DNA from: the human T2T-CHM13v2.0 reference genome, Homo sapiens | Direction: 5' to 3' (one strand) | NCBI RefSeq assembly: GCF_009914755.1 | Contig: NC_060930.1 | DNA length: 64,000 nt | Program-made: the position numbers and the translations under genes | In this document: one piece after another, positions 61,389 to 64,000 of the stretch | Position numbering within the stretch: position 1 is the stretch's first letter | Layout of the letters: each line of letters opens with the position of its first letter | The notes under the pieces: generated by a model | What the model was told of the DNA's origin: nothing | What the model saw: only the letters and a program-made list of their open reading frames with translations | Database searches by the model: none

Positions 61389-64000
61389 TTCCTGTCTTCT
61401 TATATTATTAAGAAAAACAAAACAAAATGGTGAAGTGTTGGAGTGGCAAAAAACTTTGGGGATGGTATGGAGAGATAATGGGTGACATTTCTCAAAGCTG
61501 CTTTGGGTGGGATTAGGGGCAGCGTGGGAACCTACAGTGGGAGAGATTCAACTGAAGAAAGATTTTGGGGTAAGGGGTGATATTGTGGGGTTGTTAGAAG
61601 GAGCATTTGTCATATAGAATGATTGGTGATGGCCTGGATACGGTTTTGTATGAATTGAGAAACTAAATGGAAGACACAAGGTCCAAATAAGAGAAGGAGA
61701 AAAACAGGTGTTAAAGGGCTAAGAATTGGGAGGACCCAGGACATCCAATTAGAGAGTGCCTAAGGGGGTTCAGCATAATTACTTGCTTGGTTGGTGAGTT
61801 TTTGGGCTCTATCCTTGACAGAGTCCTCCTTTTTAAGTTGGAGGCTGAGCTTGGTGAGGTGTGTTTTTAAAAGACCATTAGTCTGTTCTACCTTTCCTGA
61901 AGATTGAGGACGGTAAGGGGTATGAAGATTCCACTGAATACCAAGAGCCTGAGAAACTGCTTGGGTGATTTGACTAATAAAGGCTGGTCCGTTATCAGAC
62001 TGTATAGAGGTATGAAGGCCAAACTGAGGAATTATTTCTGACAGAAGGGAATAAATGACCGTGGTGGCCTTCTCAGACCCTGTGTGAAAGGCCTCTACCC
62101 ATCCAGCGAAAGTGTCTACTCAGACCAAGAGGTATTTTAGTTTCCTGACTGGAGGCATGTGAGTAAAGTCAATTTGCCAGTCCTGGGCGGGGGCAAATCC
62201 CTGAGCTTGATGTGTAGGGAAGGGAGGGGGCCTGAACAATCCCTGAGGAGTAGTAGAATAGCAGATGGAACACTGAGAAGTGATCTCCTTGAGGATAGAT
62301 TTCCACGATGGAAAGGAAATGAGAGGTTCTAAGAGGCAGGCTAGCAGCTTGAAACCTATGTGGAAGAGATTATGAAATGATGATAGAATAGAATGGGACT
62401 GTGAAGCTGGAAGGAGATATTTTCCTTGGTCCTAGAACCATTTGCCTCGTGTGGGAAGAGATTGATAGGTGGAAGTTTCAGTGGGAGAGTAGGTGGGAGT
62501 GACTGATGAGAAGGAGAAAAACTGGCTGTGAGGAACAGAAATTGGAATTCTAGCTGCTTCTTAAGCTACCTTATCAGCATAAGCGTTGCCCTGAGCGATG
62601 GGATCTGATGCCTTTTGGTGGCCCTTGCAGTGTATGACTCCAGCTTCCTTTGGAAGTAAAGCGGCCTTGAGAAGAGTTTTTATTAAAGAGGCATTAATGA
62701 TGGAAGACCCTTGCATAGTAAGGAAACCTCTTTCAGCCCATCTAACAGCATGGTGGTGCAGGATATGGAAGGCATATTTAGAGTCAGTATAAATATTGAC
62801 GTGTAATCCCTTTGCAAGAGGGAGGGCCCATGTGAAGGCCATGAGTTCAGCTTGCTGAGAGGTAGTGGAGAGGGGCAGTGTGGTGGCCTCGATGTTAGAT
62901 GTGGAAGATACTATAGCATAGCCTGCCTTTGCTGGTTAGTGGCGATTAGGCCTGGTGGAACTGCTATCAATAAACCAAGTGTGATCAGGGTGAGGAACAG
63001 GAAAGAAGGAAATATGGGGAAATGGAGTGAATGTTAGGTGGATCAGAGAGATGCAGTCATGGGGGTCAGGTGTGGTGTCTGGAATAATGTGGGAGGTTGG
63101 ATTGAAGTCCGGACCAGGAACAATGGTAATTGTGGGAGACTCAACAAAGAGTGAGTATTGCTGAAGGAGCTGGGGAGCAGAAAGTATATGTGTCAGGTGT
63201 GAGGAGGAAAATAGATTTTGGAAGTTATGAGAACTGTAGAGAGTGAGTTGAGCATAGTTTGTGATTTTGAGGGCCTCTAAAAGTATTAAAGCAGTGGCAG
63301 TCACTGCACACAGACATGAGGGCTAGGCTAAAACAGTAAGGTCAAGTTGTTTGGACAGAAAGGCTATAGGGTGTGGTCCTGGCTCTTGTGTAAGAACTCC
63401 GACCGCACAGCCCTGCAGTTTGGCTGTGTGTAATGAAAAGGGAGTGATGAGTTAGGGAGAGTTAGTGTGGGAGCTGCTTTTAGGGCTGTTTTTTAAGGAG
63501 TGGAAAGGGGAGTGGGGAAAGGATTTAGGATTTATGGGGTCAGCTAGGTTTCCTTTTGTGAGTTTATATAATGGTTTTGTCAGGATGGTAAAACTAGGTA
63601 TCCAAAGGCAGAAGTACCTAACCATGCCTAGGAAGGAAAGGAGTTGTTGTTTTGTAGAAGGGGTTGGGGTTTGGGAGATTAGCTGGACACAATCAGCAGG
63701 GAGAGCACGTGTGTTTTCACGAAGAATTATGCCAAGGTAGGTAATGAATGAGGAAGAAATTTGGGCTTGACTGAAGTAATTGACACTGTCTGTGAAGCCT
63801 TGTGGCAGTACAGCCCAGGTTATTTGCTGAGCCTAATGGGTGTCAGGGTCATTCCAAGTGAAAGCAAAGAGAGGCTGTGATGAAGGGTGCAAAGGAATAG
63901 TAAAGAAAGCATGTTTGAAATCCAGAACAGAATAATGGGTTATGGAGGGGTTGTGGAGGGAGCTATTGAGGATAGGAGAGTATATGGTTTTGGCACCACA
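61389..64000 (-). mobile_element. HERV-H internal region: decayed pol (RT end, tether, RNase H, integrase); continues beyond window
   Basis: ORF 62561-62842 has RNase H motifs (VNIYTDSKYAF, HCKGHQ, GNAYAD); ORF 62936-63304 has tether/WFID; stops and frameshifts between them. Confidence 0.92.

Noticed and set aside
62561-63304. Intact retroviral pol gene
   Set aside because: Fragmented by stops and frameshifts; typical decayed HERV-H.

Overview
Primate (human-like) genomic DNA containing the 5' half of the class I histone deacetylase gene HDAC2 on the minus strand. Coding exons 1-6 are at 19993-19942, 9103-8991, 7851-7734, 5778-5704, 5236-5098 and 2503-2362, with canonical GT-AG junctions and 639 nt in frame; later exons lie before position 1. 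A CpG-island promoter sits at ~19.2-20.7 kb. The upstream ~43 kb is non-coding and repeat-rich: Alus (~28 in the whole window), L1/L2/MIR fragments, hAT and Tigger DNA-transposon fossils, MaLR LTRs, a collapsed ERV with an env relic, and a nested ERV cluster (MER61-like provirus > MER9-like LTR > HERV-H/LTR7) at 57.5-64 kb. Almost all supplied ORFs are Alu-derived or chance frames. The best leads are four. (1) A 94%-identical intronic copy of the exon-2 acceptor and 5' half, with Met31 changed to ACG and an early stop (candidate decoy/poison exon). (2) An ERV 5' LTR with TATA-like box, PBS and strong splice donor pointing at HDAC2 from ~40 kb upstream. (3) A perfect 25-bp-arm hairpin at 26175-26239. 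(4) A template-switch scar inside an Alu. Repeat subfamily names come from recalled consensus sequences and their boundaries are approximate. No wholly new system can be proven from sequence alone.
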